Source: a virus
DNA: 64,000 nucleotides
Virus record (IMG/VR): IMGVR_UViG_3300049830_000285
Coordinates: 64,001 to 128,000 of that record
Reading direction: 5' to 3' (one strand)
This document shows positions 38,401-47,358 of this stretch, piece by piece; positions within the stretch are counted from its first letter, which is position 1; every line of letters begins with the position of its first letter. The translations under genes were made by a program, and so were the position numbers. Under the pieces are notes generated by a model, which had not been told where the DNA came from, ran no database searches, and saw only the letters and a program-made list of their open reading frames with translations.

Positions 38401-40390
38401 GCCATGGCAATATTACAGCACAGTTGAGAAGGGCTCTTTGTTAAATTCAAGCGGAAGAACTCACCTCAGGGGCGACAGCAGTGTAGTTGCCGAATCCATT
38501 AGTGACCCAGATACAGAAAATGGCTATAGAGATTTGATTCTACTGTCAGGTGGCGCAGCGGGAACTCAAACAGAATTTATAGCTAATACTGGCACAGACT
38601 GGGAGCAATTAATTAGTAATAATACGCCAAGCAATACCTTGCAAAATGTAGTTGCTGCTACAGTAGATGAACTCTCGTTCGAGCCAGTATACAATAATGG
38701 AGCTGCTGGAGTTGGTGCAACCCTCACAGCGACCATTCACGGCGTTTTAGTTGTTGATGGCGTCACTATTGCAATAAACAACAGAATCTTGGTTAAAGAC
38801 CAAGCAAATAGCGCTCATAACGGTGTCTATTCATTAACACAAGTTGGCACTAGTGGTGTTTATTACATTCTCACTAGAGTTGTTGATTTAGATGGGTCAG
38901 CCGATTTCATATCCAATCTATCTGTCAAATCGACTGGCGGCGATTTGAATGCAAATAATAGCTGGTTGCTCTATTCCGAGGCATCATATGTAACTGGAAC
39001 AACCGCGATTATATGGTTGAAGCCAACGTGGGCTATGGAATTCGATATGATGTATTTCACCGGAGCGAAGCAAGGTTTCCGCGTGAGCGATGGATATTAT
39101 GTGACTGATGTTTCATTGTCTTCAAGCGAGTTGACTTTAAGTAGCGGCGGAAAAACCAAAACTGTGCCATTTAGAGACACCAATATTCAAACAATGTCTA
39201 TTGGTGGCGCAAAATACCCAGCCTCAAACGTTAAAAAGATTTGGAATTTCTTTAATACAGGCTCTATTCAAGACAGAGGCCCGTATTGGACTGGGGAAGA
39301 GTCTTCTGCATCCGCTAGTGTCGAGGATTGGAATACTTATCGTTTTGTTATCCCGAGTAATGCTACAATGGGTGTCGGGGCAGAGGAACCAGAAACTAAT
39401 GCTTCCTTTACTACTAAAACTCAATTTGTTCGCATAACACCAACTGCAACAAGTGGAGCGCCAAGATTTGGTATTACAAATCTTGCCTCACCAATATCTG
39501 TAAACACAAGAACAAAAGTCTATGTTCGACTTCGTATAACTGACAATTCGACTTCAAATAGTGTGGAGCCCGCCATTGATTCCTTCGACTTGTCGAAGGT
39601 TAAGATTAGATTTGCCTGGTCTGAATCTAGCAATATTAGTGAAAATACTTCGTGGTATGAACTAGCTGCTAAAAACACTAATGGATTTGAACTTTATGTA
39701 TTCGAACCTTCGTGGAACCAATCATTGCGCTCGTTATCTGTTGAAGTGTCTGGACTTGACGAGGGCATAGGTGCTTCTAGACCATATGTGGATGTTGATT
39801 ATGTTGCCCTAGTAGCTGATGAATTGGCACCAAATTTTGCAGATAACTTCACACAAGTTCGAGTTGCTGTTGAGGGAAGAGATGTTAAAGTTTGGCTGGG
39901 CAAATCGGAACAACCACTTTTAAATGAGATTAATTTCTTGACATTGCCAACAACGCAGATGGAAGTAAGATTTGGAAAGATTGATAGTCTGCAAGAAGCA
40001 AGCACCTGGGGCTGGGGATATGTGCAATTTGTTGTGGGTGGCACCGCCGCCGATAGATTAGAGCGAGCGCCAACAAAGCGTTTAATATACGATTTTACAT
40101 TGCAAAGCAGGCTGCCGTCCACTGGCGGAGTTCGATGTTTGGTCAACTATCAGGGTTCAGCTTGGGCACTTACAGATGGAATATCAGAAATGAAAATATC
40201 AGATAATCCAAATGATAGAGCGGCTAAAACTTTTGAATATATTGCAGAACAAGAAACCTGGAGCATGAGAGAGCCACCATGTCCAAAAGAAACATCTGGA
40301 AAAGGATTAATTCATCCTTTGGCGGCAACTTCTTACTACGGAACACTAATTGTTACTGGTGAACGCGGGAATATTCGCTTTACAACTTAG
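32492..40390 (+). CDS. Giant tail fibre/receptor-binding-type protein (2632 aa)
   Basis: Four RxLVKxQ..NGxY modules, two DxxAP..W..DxxGN Ig-like modules, a propeller segment and lectin-like sandwiches. Confidence 0.7.
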   Translation: MSIEVNLVLPDNLRSSFLRGEFIEQGQTYTTLLQSNNPARDLNRHTLSFGFELVDTETREPVALTRIKSLKISNDPDFDAESTLEITNWPVGTFDSATTYTYTFNPSYFFDSANVSPQGTADDPGAVTGNPGFFVENWPLSGNGGLSTVYFKAILEAGSDEITYPGSYSIFDQIFWETERPSTPGKPEVLTFTDGWVGRKYACKFRASEESSTGRFSAGVSRYIGDIIEVRKNAISSGIYNLYSTLGSSLTGVSRSILPDEPATAMTVTGYNVQYDNTGYAANAGRTINTNLLLNTSAILRGAALYSNTATKITLSTTAPDFCVQAHVQMSVADLNTASRYYIKAYTGVFNATSGSVDELVVRVNLPALKDILNSTSPQQPTADIYRLSASYTPTSVYSVNLPMHIVPALLAGGLLELFLSNFDSRGLMQVSAYFTPDGAPSESILIASTLMANKFSDTAAMGGAIVGAVTGGDGTFQCDELMIASGRFLLDIDLGDCFNDDRSENTWLAANTTSKNWNTLLANGNWLYYTEFVSNLADSTRAENVSGPSKSVASDALTLSAPGYLNQKSVAEIQCSTPTMSSRAQVTFDADVNGSTNFGEYYVAFSPYAVTEQLSTLRPMVSRCDPYQNEADEPMLLPTIIVGFSPVRGIYVTQRNNDNSLTTKKIMHFTPDENGAETWKVVISNEPTAGSGDTTSLVILRNSEVVGTVFVGNLLPSKDMGLGFYVALGVRSEKATQSEASDIYNADCIFSNILIEGLQAIHSIGDDDPVSIRHFAKYDTGATTLKPLMGQYLIDGSTDAGDFKYSLYPQRTIVADSDTDYIIEVAAATVGANIPKTFDCPSYQLDLVETSLGGFVLNYGDLVLVKDQTNPLENGVYQVKYDIVTFRYYWERWADLNEGTTITASTTHRLYVQMRDRWLWCQNCRVATTTVVADFNNVSTTIDGVVVKVGDRVLVCKESSNFIAQGIYTVASINSNGVTCVLSRASDMNVDSQLSPRSRVKVELGNTWAGTYWGFKLIAELPPSAPYVFGVTNIHIHQQPFNLSLEPCRYASNINLVLSGLVVGPYTLIDGDRLLIKSQTNQVENGIYIAHAGAWTRATDFDAPSDVFPQMVIPVKDGVVNKITRWTIDPTIHDSLLVGTINMRFVKVPNLEGLTWFLDTDEETVIGTTDIKFTSSNYAQSFDVGQMGLNTSFTSELLDLKVRNDGTDFTSNMFPSVRLHLHDASTGKIGAPLTDWIPSGRRLYESFAEHGGLISQNDLVQFEMTSQPLYLDSGRKYWLIVRTPPATSLRSANASELNFDKMVDTNEFTGLNLINDLYFKLFARSIERYDSTTHATAIHSRVRADSHARVESSASLLSSVVRVDLQAPTSSSVTGRPFVEPTIIPSVRSAVLSIDATDDDSGMLAFRIGKEGHYGMVDFTCWQPWSAFENAGIIEYTTYLYNTWWNNSLGENNALIFDSTGTGHAIAGSTSDGSRRVWVQVMDGVGNISESYPLTLIAQGLALVDTVAPAGALSFSNNLTGLTANITNTSSTLLATSGADRTSAVKDIRFRALKAGSARTWSPWYSSEEYVQWAIDNDINSVTDGLKRVEAQFRDYGNNIEYEAALWDSIYESADKNVLFIAMATWKPLSATDETLYLSGIKSENYTGVSLSDSFSKDYPDNTAYYAVSTEVGSIGRQIRVRSSDHVTAYINASPTTDFVIDGTRGLIVFNTPTTEGDVLTADIHRDYAVIYKWDGNAVLKIVDMGYYEEPAIISMCSTHLFATTSDDNFVLLGGASGRVWKFNGSNVSGPVFTGTEDNYALPITTLTIHQFPHESNPYVYAGTANFPRLYRASLPNSDTSTAWSAVADIGFLQSGIGDITCACSAYGMLFLGTNSGRVLRYERTLINTTDSTEQETLEESLLQNEYIGEYESNVLPVSCLLATQEQILAGIGDRPEIWNFVLTHQIQPKPSELWAKQLFNKWFIHDSVPWQYYSTVEKGSLLNSSGRTHLRGDSSVVAESISDPDTENGYRDLILLSGGAAGTQTEFIANTGTDWEQLISNNTPSNTLQNVVAATVDELSFEPVYNNGAAGVGATLTATIHGVLVVDGVTIAINNRILVKDQANSAHNGVYSLTQVGTSGVYYILTRVVDLDGSADFISNLSVKSTGGDLNANNSWLLYSEASYVTGTTAIIWLKPTWAMEFDMMYFTGAKQGFRVSDGYYVTDVSLSSSELTLSSGGKTKTVPFRDTNIQTMSIGGAKYPASNVKKIWNFFNTGSIQDRGPYWTGEESSASASVEDWNTYRFVIPSNATMGVGAEEPETNASFTTKTQFVRITPTATSGAPRFGITNLASPISVNTRTKVYVRLRITDNSTSNSVEPAIDSFDLSKVKIRFAWSESSNISENTSWYELAAKNTNGFELYVFEPSWNQSLRSLSVEVSGLDEGIGASRPYVDVDYVALVADELAPNFADNFTQVRVAVEGRDVKVWLGKSEQPLLNEINFLTLPTTQMEVRFGKIDSLQEASTWGWGYVQFVVGGTAADRLERAPTKRLIYDFTLQSRLPSTGGVRCLVNYQGSAWALTDGISEMKISDNPNDRAAKTFEYIAEQETWSMREPPCPKETSGKGLIHPLAATSYYGTLIVTGERGNIRFTT

Positions 40391-40442
40391 TTCAACGCAG
40401 GCCATGGGCTTCCCGTTGTATAAAAAGTAATGGAAGCATACA

Positions 40443-43400
40443 ATGGCCGCACCAACTTTTACATCAGCACTGACGAGCCAAGACGGATTAACAGTTGAAA
40501 TCTTACTTGGTGGCTCTGGGGTTACATCAATCATCCCTGCCACGGGAGCTATTACGGGCTGGACATTAGTCCAAGACCCCGCTGGTTCGGCAACAACTAT
40601 TCCAATTACGACAGCTTATCGAAAGGGCTCGTCTGGTGCTGATGCACTTACTGTTGTTCTTACACTTCAAACTAGATTAACCGCCTTAAGTGTATTGAAA
40701 TTATCCTATTCATCTGGAACAGGAAATATCACCGACCAAACTGCTGCCTTCCCAATGGCAACTTATGCTGGCAGTAACAGCAACTGCGTTAATTATACTG
40801 GGCGTCCCGTATTTTTATCTGCTGCCACCAGTTTAGATGGTCAATTTATTGACATTGTTTTTAATGATTATGATAGCACTTCTATTTTGCCATCTAATCA
40901 GGGAATTCCTGGATTCATAGTCAAGGTTGGTGGTAGTGGTGGAACCTCCCAAACCTTTCCAAACCCAATTAGAAAGGGCGATTCTGGCTCAGACCTTAAA
41001 ACTGTTCGAATCACATTAACGACACCGCTGCTTTATACTGATTCAAACATAGTTGTTAAATACACACCAGATGTTTCTGTATTTATTACTGATAATAGTG
41101 CCCCTCCTGTTCCGACTCTGGCATTTGATTATCAATCAGTTACACAAAATACTATTGAAAGAATAGCCCCAGCATTTGCAAGTGCTCACACATCAACAGA
41201 TGGTTATAGTGTCTATGTAGTATTTACAGAAACGGGCCCGCCGTCTCCGGGTAAAATTTTACCAGAAAGCATTAATATCGCTGGATTTACGATAACAGAA
41301 GATGTCGGCGCTGGTTATGTTACTAGAAATCAAGTTAGTGCCATTCGAAGTACCGATACTATGGATGCAAATTATTTGCGAACCATAATTATCACTCTGA
41401 ACACGCCTTTAACATACAATAAAGTATATAAAATTGCATATGCTAATGTAACTGGCAAACCAAAAGTAACTGATGGAGCCACAATACCTAATAATCTTTT
41501 GGCATTCACTTCTTCACCAGTAACCAACACCACCACATATGAGCGCATTCTTCCAGTTTTTCTTAGCGCCACTACTAGTAGCACAAATCTTGTTTTAGTG
41601 AATTTTACAGAGGCTAATTCTGTTCCATTAGCGCCAACATCACCAAGTGGCTTTATTTTACGAGCAAATGGCGCAAATATTCCATTTAGTATAACTAGAA
41701 CAAGCAACACTCAATACACACTAACGCGAACTGATTATAAAACCTGGGGTGCAGAAGATTATATCACCGTTGAATATGTTCAACCAACTTCTAATTTTGT
41801 AACTGATGCAGCTCCAGCTAGTAATAAATTAGCTAGTTTCGGGCCAAATGTTGTAACAAACGCTATTGTAAATAATACATCAGCACCATTGTTTGTTCGT
41901 GCTGCTACAAATGTTACCGGGAATAGTATTGTAGTTTATATTCGCGAAAATCACAGCTTTCCACCATATATTAACCCATCAACTGGAATTACAGGGTTTT
42001 ATGTTACTGTAAATGGAGTTCCCAGAGACATTATTTCCGCAGTTCGTGGAAATACTATCACAACATTTACAGATGTAAACCGCACCATCAATTTAGCTTT
42101 GGCTTATCCAGTTAGGGCAAAAGATTTGATTAAACTAAATTATTACAATGGTAATGTGGTTGATGTAGATACAGATTCTTCTCCTAATAATTTAGGAAAT
42201 TTCTCATCATTGGTGGAAAACACGACTGCGGCTAAAATCTTTGGAACCAATGTTGCGTTTGCTACTTTTGACTCTGATGAAATATTTAGAACTCAACAAT
42301 TCGATATTCTTCGTTCTTATGGAATACAGTGGATAAGAGATTATCAAGTAGACGGACAGGTGGACACTAATCCGGGTACCCAAACTGTGAATCGTGCGCA
42401 TGCTGTTGTTGTTGCTCGTCAGGCATTAGATTTAGATATCACACCATCTATTGTTTTGGCTGATTCCAATTACGGAATCGAGAATTCAGATGGAGTTAAC
42501 TTTACAGCCGCTAATTTTAATGCTTTCAAACATCGTTTTGCTGACCCAGCAGAGAAATCTGATGTACGACGAGCAATGTTGTGCGCCGCTATTGCTGGCA
42601 ACCTAACAACAGTCTTAACCTGGGTTTTAAATGACGTAAGTGCATTAAATGAACTATTCCCATATGGAACAGTTGGAGAAGAATTTAATGGGCCTAGATT
42701 ATATGAATGGAGATATTTAGCACCAAATGGTGGCTGTTCATGGGATGCATTTGAGCGCGTTTTATCCGGGACACGCGGAGCAGTTGTGTTTAATGTCTCT
42801 GGAAATGTAACGTCTGGAAGTGCATTACCAACAAGCACGGATTTTGCAACATTTTGCGCAGCATTGCCAGTACCTATTAACTTTACTGCTGTTTCAGAAA
42901 GTACATTGAGGTCGCGTTTCGAAAGCTTCAGAGCTTCGTTAGCTACTCGATGGACTAAGGGCGGAACATTGGGTAAAAGCGTCTTAGTGGAAAATGACGA
43001 TAGTAGCACCCTGGAAATTGGAGATTCTTCTTCTCGTGTTGTAACAGCTTTCAATTACAAACGATATGATTCTATTAGCGGTGACCCAGTAGTGAATAGG
43101 GGAGCTAAACAAATAGCTTTGGCACAAACTTTATATAATGCGAATTATCACACGGTGTTATTAGACGAATGGACTGAAAGAACTATAGATATTACTTTTA
43201 CTCTTGGTTCTGGAAAAACCATGCCTTTATGGACTGCTGGAACAGCAGCAGGTTCTTATTATGCTTTATTGGCAAATGATGTTACAAATTACGGTAATCT
43301 TTCTGCGTCACATCTTTGTATAGACCAAACAGACTGTGACGCGGCTATGCATTCAATTTCCCAATTGTTTGAACTTACGCAAGCTTCAAATGATTTATCT

Positions 43401-46400
43401 AGCATTCCTTTTAATCCTTTACACTGGATACTTAGTGGCTCATCGAGTATGGATAGCAGAACTGGATATTTGTTAGAAAGAAGACTTGGCTGGCCATTAG
43501 CTTCTACCATTTTAGATACCACTCCACCTATTGGAAGCTTGGTAATTAATGAAAGTCCAGGAAGTGGCGGTATTAAGGTTCATCATTTCGCAGCATATGG
43601 TTCAACAACATTGAGCAACGGCGGCGGTGGACAGGATGATTTAAATAATAAATATGAAGCCACTCAATTGCTTTCTAGCGGTGCATTTGATATTACTGCC
43701 ATCAGCTTAAATTTCAAGAAAGGCGGAACAATCACCAATCAAAGCGAGAGAATAACGGTTAGTTTATACTCAGACAGCGGCGATAAGCCTTTGCAACAGC
43801 TTGCTACTTCAAGTGACTTTGTTTCTTATGGAGATTTAACAACATCATTCCAAGCATTTGAATTCAAGTTGGATTACAGATTGGAAGACAATACAAAATA
43901 TTGGATTGTGGTTTTCCGCAGTGCTGCTCCATTGGGTACGAGTGCATTTATATACATCTCAACAAAATCACCAGCGGCTGGAGAATATGCAATTTCCAGC
44001 GATGCAAGTTCGTGGACTTTGGAAACAGGCAAGAGTTTTCAATATTCCTTTACAGCCTCAGATGCATCAGCACAACCACAGTCAGCAATTAATGAGTTAC
44101 AAGATGCTCTTGAAATACCAATTTATGATACGGTTACTTTTGGTGGGTCAGATGATGAAACAATTTATGAATTAATAGGTGTTGGAGACAGGCGCTATAT
44201 CGTTATGAGAATTAATCAAGTAACAGAAAATAACGTGTTGGTATATCCAGCTATTAGTAGTGTGGAAGTCGGTCTTACAGCAGATAAGCCAAAAAGCTAC
44301 TTAATAGAAGCTAAGGTTAATCCAACAGATGCCTGGACTTCTTTGTTCACAATGATTGCCGACAATGAATCGCGAGAATACTTTAGATATACTTTTTCAT
44401 CTCCTGTGCGGTTATCTGATATTCGATTGAGCTACAGAGGCGATTTCTATACATCATCTAATGATGGAACCATTACAGTTTCTGGAACTGACCCTCTCAC
44501 ATCGGTTACTGCATTTCAGGCTTCACATTATACTGATTTCCACGACGCAATCAGCTTTCCAAATGCTGATTCAGATGGATGGGTTCCATTTACCGATGGT
44601 ATTTCATTGTTTGATTGGAAAATGATTAATGATTCAGAAACATGGTTGAAACAAGCGGGAAATTCGCTTGCCGGCCCGTTAAGTAATGCAACGATTTTTG
44701 GCGGATTTATTGTTGCACATGACCACACCACTTTGTACACATTCAGTGCATCGGGTACATTAACATCCAGAAAAACTATAACAAGTGGTCAGGAACCAAT
44801 TTTATCCATTGCTGTACATAAAAATGTGTTATATGTAGGCTTAGAAAATGGACAATTGCTTTCTAGTTCTGATGCAAAAATATATTCAACGGTGCCTATT
44901 TCAACTATCACAGCTCCGATTCGAGCATTGGTTTCGTATAGAAGTAAGTTATGGATTGGAACTGGTAGAGACACTGATAATTTATCAAAAATTTATACCT
45001 GGGATTCAACATCGCTCATCTTAATTCGAACACTGGTACAGCCTCAAATAAATGCTTTTGCAGTGGCACACGGTAAATTGTTTGTTGGTGCTGGTAGTGA
45101 TAGTGGAGTTCAAGCAGCTTCAGTGTATTACTATGATGGTCAACAATGGTCATTGACATTCTCAGCTCAATCGGTTGGTGTAGACGCCCTGACGTTCTCC
45201 ACGGCAGATTCAAGACTCTGGGCTGGTTTGGAGGGTGGCAGCGTTTATGCGCTGACTTTCAAAGAAACTGGAGATTTAGACACATGGAAGCAGGCTTATG
45301 ATGGAGATGCCACTCATTATATCTCCATTAGTGATGACCCCAATGGAGATTATGTTTGGCTTTGTTCAGATACGGGATTGGTTGTTTATAACAAATCAAC
45401 GTTAACATTTGCATCTGTTCCATTGCCAACTCCAGAGTCTGGTTTACAATCTGTGTGGACAAACAGCGATGCTGCAAACTACCTAACTATTGGTTCTGGA
45501 ACTCGTAAAATTTATTACAATGATGACCAAATTAACTGGGCGGATTTTAGTGCTAGCCGACCATCTAATGTTAATGCCACTTATTTCAATACTTCGTGGG
45601 AAGAATATATTACTCCGTCTCAAACAGCTAATTGGAAATTCTTTAGCAACACAACACTCGGTGTGTCAAGGCTATACATTAATGATGAGTTGATTATTGA
45701 TGAAGTAACGACTCCTGCTGTAACGACTGGTTGGGCTCAATTGACTGAAGGTAAGTATTACAAATTCAGATATGAATATTTCAAAGATGGGTCATCTGGC
45801 GGCAGCGCAGTTTTGAATTGGCAGGCTAATGGTACTGGTGGAATCACAAATGTTTCAAAGCCTTACTTTGGTAAACCAAATGAAATCACAAAAATTTCAT
45901 ATATCGGTGCAGCACCATATGCAATGAGTAGCTCTGGCAATATTTACTTATTGGATACAAGTGCTATTGCAACCAAAAAGCGAACAGCATATGTTCGCTT
46001 TAAGGATGAAGCTGGCAATACTACAACGCTACCAGGCCTTTCCGATACTATTATTCAAGACTCACCGACCAGAAACGGGGTGAGGATATCAGACGGAAAT
46101 ATTTATCAAATCAACACGAATGATAAGCGTGTTTTGGCAACATTTGCATCACCGATATCTGGTGCTCTCAAATCACCGAAACGAAAGACGCGAGAAGATG
46201 GTTCGTATGAATCAGAACCGTTCTATTCTCCGACATTAACTCGATGGGATAAAATTTCTTTCTTGGCAGTTATGCCAGCGGGAACTTATCAAGAAGAGGG
46301 ATTGGATATCGGCGTAGAAGTAACGCTACAAGTGCGCTCGGGTAAAACACGTGAAGAATGTCTAGCAGCAACTTGGGGCAACGATATGACATACAGCACG

Positions 46401-47324
46401 ATTATTGACCCAGGTATTGCAGGCACTGTGGATACGGCATTAAACGGCGATTTTAGCATTGCTGGCATAAGTGATAAGTGGATACAATATAAAGCTATAT
46501 TAGTTACAGCAACTCGCGGAACAACACCAGAACTTAAAGCTGTTGTGTTGTCTTATCTTGCTGCTCATGCAAGTTATTTCTTCACAACATTGTTAGATAC
46601 TTCTGCTGAATCAGAGAGTCCATATCCACAATTCAGAAGAGGATTGCTAACTGCAAATATGGCACCAAATGGCGGAGCTATTAAATTTGGTTACACAACT
46701 GAAACTGTGTCGCCAACAACTTTCAACTTCTCAAATTACACAGAAATTACACCAAATACAGTTTTTGAGCTTCCCTCTCCATCTCAATATTTGCGATTTG
46801 GTATTTTATTTGTTTCTGTTATGTCAGATGCTGCTCCGACAAAATTGTATCCAAAGACCGCTTGTGTGGTTGCCACAACACAAGTTTTACCTTCGACTCT
46901 TGCTATTGTTTATAACAATGGTGCCGCAGGGGTAGGTGCAACGCTCACAAGGGGAGAAAACGGAGTATTAGGCGCTATTGATGGAGTAACCCTTTCAGTG
47001 AACGACCGACTTCTGGTTAAAGACCAGGCGAACGCCATACAAAACGGTCTGTATAAGGTTACTAATGTCGGTAGTGGTGGAGCACCCTATGTACTTACTC
47101 GGGTGACAGATGCTGACCAAGCTGCGACAGAAATGCGCTATGGTTTGTATACTACCATCACTTCTGGAACAACCAATGGAACTAAGAATTACTTTATGAA
47201 AACCGCAGACGTGATTGTGATGGGAACATCGTTGCTGTCATTTACCGAATTTACACCAGCAATAGTTGATGAATTTGGTGTTCAGCTAGACGCAGGTACA
47301 GCGGACATGAAGTTTATGGATTAA
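40443..47324 (+). CDS. Giant tail fibre/adhesin-type protein (2293 aa)
   Basis: Five SwmB-like repeats, TIM-barrel-like segment, propeller, PA14-like domain and C-terminal RLLVKDQ..NGLY module. Confidence 0.7.
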   Translation: MAAPTFTSALTSQDGLTVEILLGGSGVTSIIPATGAITGWTLVQDPAGSATTIPITTAYRKGSSGADALTVVLTLQTRLTALSVLKLSYSSGTGNITDQTAAFPMATYAGSNSNCVNYTGRPVFLSAATSLDGQFIDIVFNDYDSTSILPSNQGIPGFIVKVGGSGGTSQTFPNPIRKGDSGSDLKTVRITLTTPLLYTDSNIVVKYTPDVSVFITDNSAPPVPTLAFDYQSVTQNTIERIAPAFASAHTSTDGYSVYVVFTETGPPSPGKILPESINIAGFTITEDVGAGYVTRNQVSAIRSTDTMDANYLRTIIITLNTPLTYNKVYKIAYANVTGKPKVTDGATIPNNLLAFTSSPVTNTTTYERILPVFLSATTSSTNLVLVNFTEANSVPLAPTSPSGFILRANGANIPFSITRTSNTQYTLTRTDYKTWGAEDYITVEYVQPTSNFVTDAAPASNKLASFGPNVVTNAIVNNTSAPLFVRAATNVTGNSIVVYIRENHSFPPYINPSTGITGFYVTVNGVPRDIISAVRGNTITTFTDVNRTINLALAYPVRAKDLIKLNYYNGNVVDVDTDSSPNNLGNFSSLVENTTAAKIFGTNVAFATFDSDEIFRTQQFDILRSYGIQWIRDYQVDGQVDTNPGTQTVNRAHAVVVARQALDLDITPSIVLADSNYGIENSDGVNFTAANFNAFKHRFADPAEKSDVRRAMLCAAIAGNLTTVLTWVLNDVSALNELFPYGTVGEEFNGPRLYEWRYLAPNGGCSWDAFERVLSGTRGAVVFNVSGNVTSGSALPTSTDFATFCAALPVPINFTAVSESTLRSRFESFRASLATRWTKGGTLGKSVLVENDDSSTLEIGDSSSRVVTAFNYKRYDSISGDPVVNRGAKQIALAQTLYNANYHTVLLDEWTERTIDITFTLGSGKTMPLWTAGTAAGSYYALLANDVTNYGNLSASHLCIDQTDCDAAMHSISQLFELTQASNDLSSIPFNPLHWILSGSSSMDSRTGYLLERRLGWPLASTILDTTPPIGSLVINESPGSGGIKVHHFAAYGSTTLSNGGGGQDDLNNKYEATQLLSSGAFDITAISLNFKKGGTITNQSERITVSLYSDSGDKPLQQLATSSDFVSYGDLTTSFQAFEFKLDYRLEDNTKYWIVVFRSAAPLGTSAFIYISTKSPAAGEYAISSDASSWTLETGKSFQYSFTASDASAQPQSAINELQDALEIPIYDTVTFGGSDDETIYELIGVGDRRYIVMRINQVTENNVLVYPAISSVEVGLTADKPKSYLIEAKVNPTDAWTSLFTMIADNESREYFRYTFSSPVRLSDIRLSYRGDFYTSSNDGTITVSGTDPLTSVTAFQASHYTDFHDAISFPNADSDGWVPFTDGISLFDWKMINDSETWLKQAGNSLAGPLSNATIFGGFIVAHDHTTLYTFSASGTLTSRKTITSGQEPILSIAVHKNVLYVGLENGQLLSSSDAKIYSTVPISTITAPIRALVSYRSKLWIGTGRDTDNLSKIYTWDSTSLILIRTLVQPQINAFAVAHGKLFVGAGSDSGVQAASVYYYDGQQWSLTFSAQSVGVDALTFSTADSRLWAGLEGGSVYALTFKETGDLDTWKQAYDGDATHYISISDDPNGDYVWLCSDTGLVVYNKSTLTFASVPLPTPESGLQSVWTNSDAANYLTIGSGTRKIYYNDDQINWADFSASRPSNVNATYFNTSWEEYITPSQTANWKFFSNTTLGVSRLYINDELIIDEVTTPAVTTGWAQLTEGKYYKFRYEYFKDGSSGGSAVLNWQANGTGGITNVSKPYFGKPNEITKISYIGAAPYAMSSSGNIYLLDTSAIATKKRTAYVRFKDEAGNTTTLPGLSDTIIQDSPTRNGVRISDGNIYQINTNDKRVLATFASPISGALKSPKRKTREDGSYESEPFYSPTLTRWDKISFLAVMPAGTYQEEGLDIGVEVTLQVRSGKTREECLAATWGNDMTYSTIIDPGIAGTVDTALNGDFSIAGISDKWIQYKAILVTATRGTTPELKAVVLSYLAAHASYFFTTLLDTSAESESPYPQFRRGLLTANMAPNGGAIKFGYTTETVSPTTFNFSNYTEITPNTVFELPSPSQYLRFGILFVSVMSDAAPTKLYPKTACVVATTQVLPSTLAIVYNNGAAGVGATLTRGENGVLGAIDGVTLSVNDRLLVKDQANAIQNGLYKVTNVGSGGAPYVLTRVTDADQAATEMRYGLYTTITSGTTNGTKNYFMKTADVIVMGTSLLSFTEFTPAIVDEFGVQLDAGTADMKFMD
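40446..42230 (+). repeat. Five tandem ~120-aa SwmB-like repeats
   Basis: Units start APTFTSALTS (40449), PVFLSAATS (~40806), PAFASAHTS (~41168), PVFLSATTS (~41552), PLFVRAATN (~41886); each has LP...GF.V and ends ..N.L..F...V.N. Confidence 0.7.
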
Positions 47325-47358
47325 GCTAAAAAAATTGGTATAATGGCATTACAGAGCG

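Noticed and set aside
38689-46952. Diversity-generating retroelement template/variable repeat pair
   Set aside because: The similar segments differ mainly at synonymous positions in all bases, not only adenines, and no reverse transcriptase is present.
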